The notes under the pieces were generated by a model, which was given only the letters and a program-made list of their open reading frames with translations, did not search any database and had not been told where the DNA came from. Shown piece by piece: positions 50,201 to 62,300 of a stretch of DNA of 64,000 nucleotides. This DNA is from Thalia democratica (Eukaryota), in NCBI GenBank assembly GCA_965202585.1, contig OZ241827.1, forward strand, positions 25,048,001-25,112,000, written 5' to 3'. Position 1 is the stretch's first letter, and every line of letters starts with the position of its first letter. The position numbers were made by a program, and so were the translations under genes.

Positions 50201-53200
50201 ACTCCATCACTCAAAGCTGCTTTTGCACCAGAAAAATAAATAGAATACTTTTGTGCGGCACTTCTGAGTGCAAAAACGCAGAAAGCTGGTGGCGCTTTGA
50301 TAAGAAAAAAAAAAACAAACTTCTTATGTGCATTACACCTTTGCCTAGCCTTAAATTCGCCAGTACTGCGTTACTCGCCTTTTTATTGTCTCCCGCGAGG
50401 AGTCGGCACGCACAAAAGGCTTGATTGTTCAAACACACAAACACAAAGTTGGAATGTTTCCGTCAGTAAACTATTTTTGACTGAGCAACATTGTTCTGAA
50501 AGCGAAAGTGCATGCGCAAGTTTGTAGAGAGAAAGTTTTAAAAAGCTATTTCTAAGCAAGACTTTTTGCAAACAGTTTCATAACGTTTCACATAAAGTGC
50601 AGCCTTTTTTTTTAAGTCAAACATCATTTGAAACACAAATTGACCGTTTGCCTTTCGATAGGTATTAATGCTTTAATTTAAATATCAGTTGTTATTACTC
50701 TTTCGGGCCGCGCTTCCGGAATAATATTTTCATTGCCCATGCATGGTTGCCCGTGACTCGGCCGGTGACCAGCTCTGTTTTCGCACCCTGGAAACACGAC
50801 TTCACGCCGAGTCGGGCCTGAAAGGAACGGCGTAGGCATGGCAACAAAAGGCCCAGCTTGCTCCGCGATCAAGTCTCGAGTGAGTTCAGGCGAATTTAAT
50901 TAATCGCCGCGCTTTCTGTTGTTCGGCCAAAGCATGCATCAAAAGCTGTCGAAGGTTTTTATGAAACGGCAAAGCAAACTTGGTTTTGGTATTGAGCCTT
51001 TAAGAAGTGGTCGGCTGAACGAGTTTTGTGCATTTCGTTGTGATATATCACGTAGGGCCCACGAAGCTGTTGTTACAAGATAAACTTAAACGTTCATACA
51101 AAAGCTTATCTTTTTATGGTAAGGTTGCTTCATTGCTTACATATGGTGCAAGATTTTTTTAAAGTTACTATAGGCTTGTTGTGGAACTTAGTCAAAATCT
51201 AAAAGAATTAGGTTATTTTTCGTTAGTTTTATTCGTTAAGTTAAACATTAAAAAGGTTTCTAATTTTTTTTCACAAACTTTTCTAATAAACTAAACTTTG
51301 AAAATTACTAAAACGTTTAATGTAAGTAATGTTATAAGTCCAAAACTACCTATTTTACATGCCTTAACTAGGTAACAATTTTGAAAAAATTCCAACCAAG
51401 TCAAAAAAAGTCTAGCATTAAGCATTGAAGCACTTCCATTGTTTTATGTAATACTTTAAAGTAGGCGAGAAGAGAGTTGATTAAACGCTTAAATAATGTT
51501 ATGAAGTTGCAAAACAAAGTTGTTTCATAACGGTTTCTGTGTTTTTTTCTTGCGCTGTGAATATTTCAAATTATAATGCCATCAATTCTTTATCGCTATC
51601 TAAGAAACCATGCTCCAATGTTTTGGGTTAAACTTCGAACTTTGCATGTGTTTTATCGGTGCGTTTTTTGCTCCGTAGCGCCAAACAGCGGTTAGGACTG
51701 ACGTTAGTTGTTAAATGTTTTTCTTTACTACTTATACAAGTGTTTTAAAAGTTTTAAAGGAAATGTTATATAACAATCGTTTATTTTTAACCGTAAACTT
51801 ATACGCATATCTACGAAAAGATTTTTGCAAATGATATTCGCACAGTGCAACTTGAGAGTTCAAAGGCTTTTATAAATATTTCTTAGTATAAACTTTGTTT
51901 AAGCAGCGTACAGTTTCTCACAGTATAATCAGCGAGACAGTATATAATATAAACATACTTTAGATTTTCTACAAAAACTTTATAGATATTAAAAGAGTAT
52001 TTTCTTACGTCTCTTGCATAACTGTTTATTTATGCAATCAAACATACGTTTTAAATTTATATAGATAAACAAAGTTTAAAGCATATTTATGCTAAAACGA
52101 TGTTTATAAAACAAAATATGTAGACTCTTTTCTTCTTTTACTGAAATGTTTGCTAAATAATAAAGACCCTAAATAACCACATAATAATTTTCTGTAGATT
52201 ACAAACAACAAAACGAACAAGCTAAACTTGATGAAGATGCCAAAGAAGCGCCGATTAACCTGGCCAATGTTAAGCCATGCGTTCCACCAATGACAAGCCT
52301 GAATCACCGAGCTCCGTCGAATCAGCAGCTCGTCCAAATGCTGAGGAAAGGAAAGGGCGAAGCCAGCAAAGCCGACAGTTAGTTGCTTTTTTAAGTTTAC
52401 AAACTAAACTAAGTTAAGAAAAAAGTTAGTTGTAGTACAAATACAATATGTGGAAAGAAGACGTGAGTTGTAGTGAACGTATATGAACTTTATAAACTTT
52501 TTATGTTGTTTTTAATTTTTAAAACTTTTGAGTTTAAAACTGTAGTAAACCGAAAAACACAAAATAGCTGGATATAGGAAAGTATTTAAAATCAAAGAAC
52601 ATAAGTCTATTACAAGTAATAATCTTAAATTAAATTTTTTTTAAATTTTGTTTCAGTTTTACTACAAGTTACTACTGTAGATTAAGATATACTAAACACA
52701 GTAAAGATTTGATTGATAAAAACTAACAAATAAACCAAACATGTTTGATATTTTTATAATAAACAAACAGAAGCGATGGTCGACGAATTTGCCAACAAGC
52801 TGCTTGGAAACCCGGGGGGAGTCCCCTTTGACCAGTTCGACGCCGCCCGGTACAAGAACTTGTTGGAGAAGATCAACGGGGAGCACATGCGCCAGTATCT
52901 CCATGGCAACAGGATGGCCCCCAGGCAGCACTGGTTGGGGCAGCGCGGCAAAATGTTCCCCGTCAAACCGCATCGCCACGGCGACGCGCCGACCAGAAGC
53001 TCGGCGATGAACCACCACGCGGGAAGTATGACGTCACAAAGAGAAGTAGATCTACCGAAGCTCGTGAGTTTGAAACTGTTTTCAGAAAAATAACTCAGTT
53101 GACGAGTTTCTAATATTGGTATGGAAATAAATGCATTAAAATTAAATCTTTAATGTTTCTGTGAACTTCAACTTTGCCACTACTTCTGTTTTTTATTATT

Positions 53201-54560
53201 CAGTGTGGTCTGAAAGGCTTTGCTTTGAACAAAAATAAAAGTTATAATTTACCACTCACTGTAATTTAGATCTTAAAAGCTCCTTTAACTTTGACCATAA
53301 TTTGATTAGTTTACAATTTTCCGACATAATTAAAACCGTTAATATGCCATTCCAAGTTTCTGCGTGATTAATGCAGAAAGTTCAATTAAAATTCTTGCAA
53401 ATTCCAATGTTTGAGAAACTTTGCAAGCGCAGCCATTACATGCTTCATTAACAAAGTATGAAATAAAAGCAAATTTATTGGTTGATACGAGAATTTTTGC
53501 ATGCAGTTTTTTAAATTAGGCATGTTTTTCCCTGATGCGCATTCTTATATTCTAACTTTGTACACAGCCTTCGACGGGAAGATACTCCACTGTGAGAAGA
53601 AGAACTCTGCAGTCAAACAAACCAAAACCGTACCAGTGCAAAATTTGTAACTCGACGTTTACAAGGTAAATAAATGTACTATTATAAAAAATCAAGCAAT
53701 AGAAATCAAATTATTTTTTAGAGTTAAAATAAAACTCATTTACAGATACCACAACCTTAAGCAGCACGTGAAACTTCATTCAGGAGTTAAGCCGTTCGAA
53801 TGCGACATTTGCCATAAGAAGTTCACAAGAAACTACACTTTGAAACTTCACAAAGCAAAAGTGAGCATTGTTTTTAATTGAAGCATTATTCTTTTAATTT
53901 TAGTTACTAAAACAACAATAAATTTACAGCATTACAGCAAGTCAGGAGGACATAGCGCGCTTTCGAGTTCTTTTGAAAACGAAGCGAGTTACGACAGCCT
54001 GAACTTTTCGAACAGATACAGCCCTTGTGAGTTATTCAATCAGTCATACTTGTTAACTGTTTTGGTTTTTTTTAATCGATTAAAAGTCAACCAAGGCAAA
54101 AAAAAAATTAAGATTAAACTTAGATTTACAAAAGAATATATTGTAATAGATAGCACAGTTACAAAAAACATAAAAACAAATTAGTTTACCAACAAACGTT
54201 TCAGACATCAGAAGGGCGACATCAAACGAGCACCTGAACACCCCAGAAAGTTACCGCGGCATGACGAACGTCGGTTACCAGGGCGACAACCGCAACTCGT
54301 CCTCCCCCACGAGAGGCTACTCTACCGGTTCCTCCTCCGTCGCGTCGCCATCCGAAGGCGGAGAGATTATGATGTCACAGACGAGCAGCAGGGACAAGAG
54401 CAAGGTGAGGTACGGGTTGGACTCACCGGGGGGCAGCAGTGGGGACGGCAGGTTCGCCGTCGAGGGTCGTCACGGGTCTTCCCCTGAAATGAAAGTCATG
54501 CTCAAGCACCAGGATGAGGTTCCGACGGATCTGAGCGTGGAAAAAAAGTTTGTAGTTTAG
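41277..54560 (+). CDS. BTB/POZ and C2H2 zinc-finger transcription factor (ZBTB family), ~775 aa, 12 coding exons
   Basis: Exons with consistent phases: 41277-41408, 41706-41936, 42008-42120, 42225-42499, 42609-42839, 42902-43108, 52198-52377, 52771-53063, 53568-53665, 53746-53860, 53930-54026, 54205-54560. The N-terminal BTB domain reads LNKFRLSGLFCDLRIIVKNNEYRAHKSVIA...FKPLLEYIYTG...VLAASSYLQM. Two zinc fingers read YQCKICNSTFTRYHNLKQHVKLH-SGVKP-FECDICHKKFTRNYTLKLHKAKH. A C-terminal PTDLS (CtBP-type PxDLS) motif is present. The orthologue was not recognised. Confidence 0.88.
44627..44679. repeat. Minisatellite, ~19-bp unit x ~2.8
   Basis: TCTTATATAACTCACGAT / TCTTTATGTAACTCACGAT / TCTTTATATAACTAAC. 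Confidence 0.85.
48213..48240. promoter_or_regulatory. Two adjacent RFX X-box motifs in the 9-kb intron of the BTB-ZF gene
   Basis: GTTACCATGGATAC (48213-48226; reverse complement GTATCCATGGTAAC) and GTTGCCAGGTAAC (48228-48240) are separated by 1 nt. The second fits GTNRCC-N-RGYAAC exactly; the first is a 14-bp ATGG-centred X-box with one imperfect half-site. Confidence 0.6.
49523..49560. repeat. 17-bp tandem duplication containing RFX-like half sites
   Basis: TGCGGTTGCCATGCATG occurs at 49523-49539 and again at 49544-49560. Confidence 0.85.
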
Positions 54561-57500
54561 TAGAAACATTAATATAAATCAATTTATTTTTTCTTAACTT
54601 AAAGTTATAAATTGATAATAATACTTTTTGATCTGCTAGTTGGTTTTAATAAGTTTACAAATATAAGTTTTAACAAAACTCTGAGATCAAGTTTTGTAGC
54701 ATGTGTGTTTCATACTAAAAAAATATAAAACAATTTGTTTAACTTATTGTAAAATAATTGACGGACTTTTATATGTAAATAAAAGCTGCACTGACTGTGG
54801 TTACAAGCTGAGCTTAACCGAAACACTTTTTTTACAGAAATTGAGTAATTGAAGTTCGAAATAAATGAATTCTGATGAAGCTGACAGTCAAAAATGAGTT
54901 GATCGGATTGGAGCTTTTCAAATGTTTCTCGTTTTAGTTAAATAATTGAAGAGAGTTATAACAACATGTGTTTTTGAAAGAACTATTCAAACAATAAAAT
55001 TTTTAGTGTGCTGCTGAATTTAAACTTCGTACTATCGCGTCAGAAAATTAGTTTTCTGTTGCTAAAGTTAAAAAAAACACTAACAATTTCTACTACAAAA
55101 AAACAATTTCTGAGTAACACACACCTTAGTATCATTCTATTTAAAATTTGTACATTCGCGTTTTTTAAAATTTGCACTATTTTAATGGTTTAAAATAAAA
55201 AAAAGTGTCTAAAATCTTTTATATTTAAGATACTTGTTAATTATTATAAAACTACTGTTTATTTTTACAAAACAAACAATTTGTACAACGCTTAAGTGCC
55301 GCGAAACAGAATGCCTTACTATTTCATTCAAAATAGTATAAAATTAAAGTGGTCTTATTTTACGCCTGCGCCTTTTCAGTATTTCGTTTGCACCAAAGTT
55401 TTCAGTAATCAACTGCCTAGCTGTCTTTTAAATGTAACTAACGGTATCAAACACGTTTGAACGTAATTCACTTGTTTCGAAGTACAAGCTTAGTGCTAAA
55501 AATTAACGGTACATTTTTGGTTCTAATAATTAGTGTATATTTAAAGGTGCACAGTTTTTTTTATTGTTGTGAAATTAATTTCATATGCAAGAACTTTCAT
55601 TTTCTTGCTTGTATTAGTGCTTTACTGTATTTGTCTTTTTTTTTGCTCCAGTCATTTCAGTTTTAAACTTTTATACGTTTATACTCAGTTGTGAAACAGT
55701 TTTTTTTATTTCTATCCTGACTAGTAAGACTTAATTAATGATTAAAAATATTATTTTTTATCATTCCTTTCAATTTTGAACTGTATTATTTCATGTACTT
55801 ATTGAAATTTTTTTTATTTTTACGCGATTTTTGTTTGTGTTAAAATGTTAATAAATTGAGCTGATTTCTTTAACTCGTTGTATAACTTAATCTAAAAATA
55901 CTATAAGAAACTAAACTAACTTGATGGTTTCTCCAGTAAAAAATTGTTACAAAGCTTTGAGAAAGCACATTGTCTATAAGTTTTGTTTTGGTAAAAACTA
56001 TTGTGAAACTAAGAAATACTATAGAAGATATTACTAAATAAACAAAGACACGCCCACTTTAAAAGTTTATTTAAGTTATAAATACTATATAAAAATAAAA
56101 CTATACTACTTGCAACTCATAAAAAACAATATTTTTTACAGCTTTGGCTTTAAAAATCAGTGACTTTTAAAACTTTTGTTAATTATAAAAACGTAACTTT
56201 AACAAAACAAAAAAAAAACTATAGCTTTGCCTAGTATGGTATCTATCAAAAAAGTTGTAAGACAGATTGACCGGGCTAAAAATTTGAACCAAGTTTTTAC
56301 GTTTATAATAATTTTAATCTTGAATCTACAAAACTTAAAACTAAAGTTTTTCATCTTACCGATAAATATTTTTTTTATATGAATCAATTAGATTTTGTTT
56401 ATTTGTATAAGCTAAATTGTAACAGTAAAATATAAGAAAACAACTTGAATTATTAATAGTTTTAGTTTTTAAAATTTAGTTATTACTAAACTTCAGTAAG
56501 TTTTAAAAATCAATAAAACTTAATAAAAAATTGAATTTTCTTAATTTTTGAAATAAAAATTGTTCAAACGATTTTAACACACTTTAACTCTATATATACA
56601 AATTTTTGTAACGTTTCATCACTGAAATAAAGTATTATATTTAAAAATTTTATATTCACTTTCTTAATTTATAGTTTTTTTTGTTTTTTGAGATCGAATT
56701 TAAACTTCTTTCCAAGTTATACCTAATTTTGTATTAGTTTCATTAAGTAAAAATTTTTAAACCAAATTTATACAGTTTATTATTTTTTCTATAACATAAA
56801 CAGTTTAAACAAAGAAAAAATCATAAAATTAAATAAAATAAGAAAACAGTTTTTTTATCTTTTGATAAGTACTGATTGTTGGTTTTGTATACAAAAGTGA
56901 GTATCACTTGTTCAAGTAGTATTTTATACAGAATACAAAAACACCAATTAATAAAAGTGATCATTTTTAATTAGACGTAATTTATGAAACGATATAAAGT
57001 GTAAAATAGGACAAATTATTTAATTAAATTAACAATAAAATATTATTTTAATACTTTTTTTAGTCATCTTTAGATGAGGTTCTAAAGTTTATGTTAAAAC
57101 TCTGAACTACACAGTAAGTAAATGAAAAAATTACTCTGTGCATACTATACAATTTAGTAAATTTATATTTTTTTCTAATATAATCTTATTAGCGTTTTTT
57201 TATTCAATTAGTTAATAATAACAATTATAATGTTTGAAAATATATATATAAGCATATGTTTAAGTTAAATAACACCGTTTATGCGCAGTACAACGAATTA
57301 TATGCTCATTACTGTACACAGGTGTACACCTTGGCGAAAAATGATTTAAAGAAAGTTTTATTTAACTATATAAAAGGAAATTAAAGATAAGGATTATTAA
57401 TTATTATGAAATACTTTAATTACCGGTTTCACAATCTGTATAAAAGATATTTCGTATATTTTATACTATTTATAAAGTTGATTGAAACTATTAAAAAAAA

Positions 57501-59399
57501 AAACGACCGATGTAGAAAAACTAAAAAAATAAAAAAACTAAAAACGTTTATAAATATATTTAATCACAAAAAAGGTGGCAAATAATTACATTGTATAAAA
57601 AATGTTAAAAACTTATTTTACATTAGAGGATAAACACTGTCAAAACAAGACTTATTTAAAAAAATAAAATTTTACAAAACTATTAACTTAATCAAATACT
57701 TTTGAACTTAATTATTGTATTACATTTTATTAAACACCGTAAAGAAATATAAAGCTCAAAGTTTTTGTCAAAGGACCCGGTGTGCATAGCTACTAAACAT
57801 TTTTTTGTAAGACTAATTAAAAAGTTTAACTTTATTGGTTTTTAAATGAAGACCACTGTAAATGTACAAGTAAAAATAAAATCACTTCATGTGAAAACAA
57901 TTAATTTTTGTGACTTTAAATATTCTTCGACTCTAAAATTAAAATTAAAGCTTTAAAAATCAAAAAGTATTTTTGTTATATATAAAAAAAACTATGGCTT
58001 TGTTCACTTTAAGTTCTATCTAATGCTTTTCTCATAAGTAATATAACAAAACAAAGAAATTATAGCTCTTTTTTAGTTACTTTCAAAGATTTAAAATGTT
58101 GAAGTATAGAGCAAAACGTATTCACTGTTTAGTATTAATGAGTACAAAAAAAATTAATGTTTTTCTTATTTTTATAAAAACTTAATCCCTGTTTTGAAAT
58201 TTAATGAGAACAAAAAAAAAATCTGTCATAAAATTATACTTCTGAATGTGAATCGCAACACTATAAATTTAATTTTCTACAATCTTGAAATAGCAGTCAC
58301 GTACTAAAAATAGTTTTTATTCCTTTTTTAAATTTCCTTTTTGTATTCGTTTATATTCTAAAATAGATTTATTTTATAATTATTAAGTATTAATCATTGA
58401 TAAATTGTATTATAACCAAGTTAATATAAAATTATATAACAGTTATATTAAAAGATAAATTATCTTAGTTATAAGTTTTATTGATCGAAGTACTGTTTTT
58501 AAATTTATGTTGTTTTTTCTTTAGTTTTTATATAATACTTATTGTATATAAAAACACTTATAGTTTTAATTTAAACAAATATTTTTTATTCTATAAAAAT
58601 GTTGCAAAAATTTTAAATGTACTCACTTAAATGATAAAAAAAGTTTTATTGTAGGTATTAAATACTTCTACAAAGAAATGTTATTTAGTATCAAAATTTA
58701 CAATATAGAAAAATAATTAATGTTATTTAAACTTGTGTTATAAAGTAGAAAAAGTGTTATATAAAAATGTTTAAAGTCTTTAAACATTTTTTTTCTCTAG
58801 TTCTTAAATATTTTGTTATTAGTAAGGAGCATAGTTATTAATATTAAGTTTTTAAATAATAAAAAATAACTACAAAAATAGCTAATTGAACCATCAAATG
58901 TTTTTTGCACAGCCAAAAAAGATTTTTTATGGGATTTAAAGTAAAAGACAATATATGAGAAAGTAACTGAAGTTTTTGCAACTTTTATTCGAGCTAGAGC
59001 TAAACTTAAGGAATAAAAAACTGTTTAGTGTAAATATATGAAATATCTTTATCATTTTAAGTATAACCGGTAGCTTGTTACATAAAGATTATTCCTACTG
59101 TTATCTGTTTTAAAATGATTTTTTTTATGTAAAGTTGTTCGGTTTGATACTTAAAAAGTAGTACTAATTTAAAGTTATAGTTAATCCTTAAGAGATGAAA
59201 ACAAAGTCTAATTTGAACTGCCAGACACCAAAATAGTTTACTTTAGTTTATGAAATCGAAAACACAGAAAAATAAACAACACGAAAACTAAAAACAAAAA
59301 AGTAGGGTTTATTATGCACTTAAATTAGCATTATGCTGTGTGTGGGTTCAACTGAGTGTTTTTTAAGAAAACAGCAACAAATTTATCCAGTTTGTTCAC

Positions 59400-62300
59400 C
59401 TATCCCTGGAACATAGCCATCTTGCCCTCCATCCCTGCTTTGGCGTCAATGTTTTCACGCCAATCCTTCATGTCACTCTGTTAAACGGGTATTTTTTTGC
59501 TTTTAAAGTCTAAAAATAATCTCACTTTCTAAAATATGTCGGATGAACGACCGACCATAAAGGGCATTAAAACCATTAGATATAGTTTTTAACAAAAGTA
59601 GCTTTTTAGTTTACTAAAATTTTTCTTTTACAATTTTTTTTTAATTTATTGATACACTAGTCCTTTAAAGATAACAGAGATAACAAAGTTGTAAAACATA
59701 GATTAAGTTTGTAATTAAAGACGTTGGCTACAATATTACTAGATATCGAAGAATGTATTTGTTACGGCAAAGCTGTAAATCAATGAAATAAAAATAAAAG
59801 CCTCACATTGATTTAATAAAAAATAAAGAAGTAATTTTTGAACCTCATTTTTAACTTCTTTTGACTTTTGTACAGTTTTGAGGTTAGACCTGAGATCCAT
59901 GGAAACCTTGTGTTTCGATCCGAGAAGGGCTTTCAACATCTGGTCAGCTGACATACGGACACGACGCAATGGTGGACGCTTGAATTTGCCTCTCAAGTCA
60001 AAGATTTGTTGGTTCAAGTCATCGATCTAGAAGTAAAATGATTAATAGCACAAAATACATTAATAACAAATCATATCTTTTTTGTAACTTTTTAATTAGT
60101 AGCTTGCTAAAAAAAAATGTTTTTTTCACGGTGGACTTTTGTTAGCTTTTTAGGCTAATGTACTTTATTATAATAAATACTAATTAACACTCTGTATATC
60201 TAAATCAATTTTTCATTTCGATACATTTATAGTTAGCTTATATATGGTAAACCGTAAAGTAAAAAAGATTAGTTCTAATTAGAGTTGTTATAATCAGACG
60301 TTTTTTTAGGTAGAATCTAAAAAATTATTGCGTTCTTTTAAAAAACACTTTACTTGTTTTGGGTTAGTTAGAAAGTAGATAACAATTTTCTACAGTTCAT
60401 TTTTAAATTGAATATTTTATATTTTTCAGCAAAATTAAACTTGAATAGATCACTTTAACTTTAAAGTTTTTGCATAATCACCAATACTACAGAGAAATAT
60501 TTTTGTAAAGCAAAGTAATGCAAATATTTACTCAGGTGTTGTTCAAATAATGCTTTTGTTTTAAAATATGTTTGTTTTTGTTCGTTTTTGCAAAAAACAA
60601 TAATTTATTCTAATACATTAGCTCAATTCAATTATTAACAGTTGCTATACAGTTTGTATTTTATAAAATAAGGCTAGTAGTTTTAATTCTAAAACAAAGT
60701 AAACGGTTTTGTATATTTGTTTTAAACAACTTAATACTTCTAACTAAAAGATAATTAACATTTTTATTAAAAATAGTGTTACTAATTTTTTACTGAATTT
60801 ATTTGAAATATACAAAAAAAAATTCAAATTGTTATTAGTACTAGTTTTAGTTTTAAATTATTTCAGCATTTTACTATGTTCAAAACTTATCTAATATACT
60901 AAAAGTTTGAAATTTTATGTTTATAACAAAATTTTTCTTAGTTAAAATCCAAAAATACTATTAAAAAAGCGCAGCTTAAAAGAAAACTTTAAACTTTTCG
61001 TTAATAAATAATACAACTAAATGTAAAAATTAAAATTGTATAAATACAACTTCGTGGTTAATAGATGTCGTGTTCAAGTAAAATTGTTGATGTGCAAAAA
61101 AGTGTATTATCTATCAGTTAAAGATTAATACTGCTTAATTTTTAATCTAAGTTTATGTTTTTCTTTTTGATTAGCAATAAAAGTTTTAGCACTCAAAATT
61201 AGAGTTGAACTAACATAGTTTTTGTTATTCACAAATACAAAACATAATGCGATTCTTCAAAATTGAATAGAACATTTTAAAGAACTCAAATTTTCAATAG
61301 TTTGTTTTGAACTTATGATAAAGAACTAGCGTGCTTAAGAAATTTCACGAAGTATAACTTGAAAAAAAAAATTAATTTAGAAGTTTGTTGTTTTTTAATG
61401 GAGCTACACTATTGGAAGATAAGAGGCTTAGGAGAGCCCATACGGTTGATGCTCGAGTATCTTGGCGAGACTTATGAAAACAAGTATGAAACGAGCATTG
61501 AAAACTGGTTCAAGAAGAAACAGAACCTTGACATCGAACTCGCTAACTTGCCATACCTAGTAGATGGTGAAATCAAACTGACTCAGAGCTTCGCCATTAT
61601 GCGGTACTTGGCGAGAAAGCACAAAAACCTTCTTCCGCTAGGTGAAATCGAGCAACAAAAACTCGACCAAACCGAATCATTCCTTACTGACCTCAGGTAA
61701 TTTTTGTTTTTGTGGTTGCTATTAATAACTCATTAATAACACCAACTTTAATCAAGTTTGCTTTGTCACATCCTTGCTTTTTAAAAATTAAACCTCAACA
61801 AAACTTTAGATTTGGTTTCGCAATGCTTTGCTACAACCCTGAGTTTGAAACCATGAAAGAAGGCTTCTTTAAGGAACTGCCTCGTAGGCTGGCTGGGTTC
61901 GAAAAGATTCTTGGGAAGCGTTCTTGGGCGATCTCCGAAAACTTGACTTATGTGGACTTTGGACTCTGTGTGCTACTCGACCACATGGAGTTGTGTTCCC
62001 CTGGCTGTTATAAAACTCTGCCCAATATACAGCAGTATAAAAAGAAATTTGACAACTTTGCAAGTATCAAAAAGTATAGGTCTTCTGAAAAGTTTTCTGT
62101 TTTTCCTATTTTTAGTCCAATTGCTCACTGGGGAACATAGTTATCTATTGAGACTGTAAATTCAATAAATTTGTTATAATAAGGTAATTTTTTAGTGTAT
62201 TTTGTTTTATTAAATTTTGTATTTATTTTCATATCAAAAATACAATTTTATTAAGAATATAGGCTATAAAGTCTTAATTGCTTATTTTTAAGTACAAAAG

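Noticed and set aside
43698-50872. Many 60-150-aa ORFs on both strands in the large intron
   Set aside because: No domain motifs and no phase-compatible splice sites; the higher GC content is enough to explain the scarcity of stop codons.
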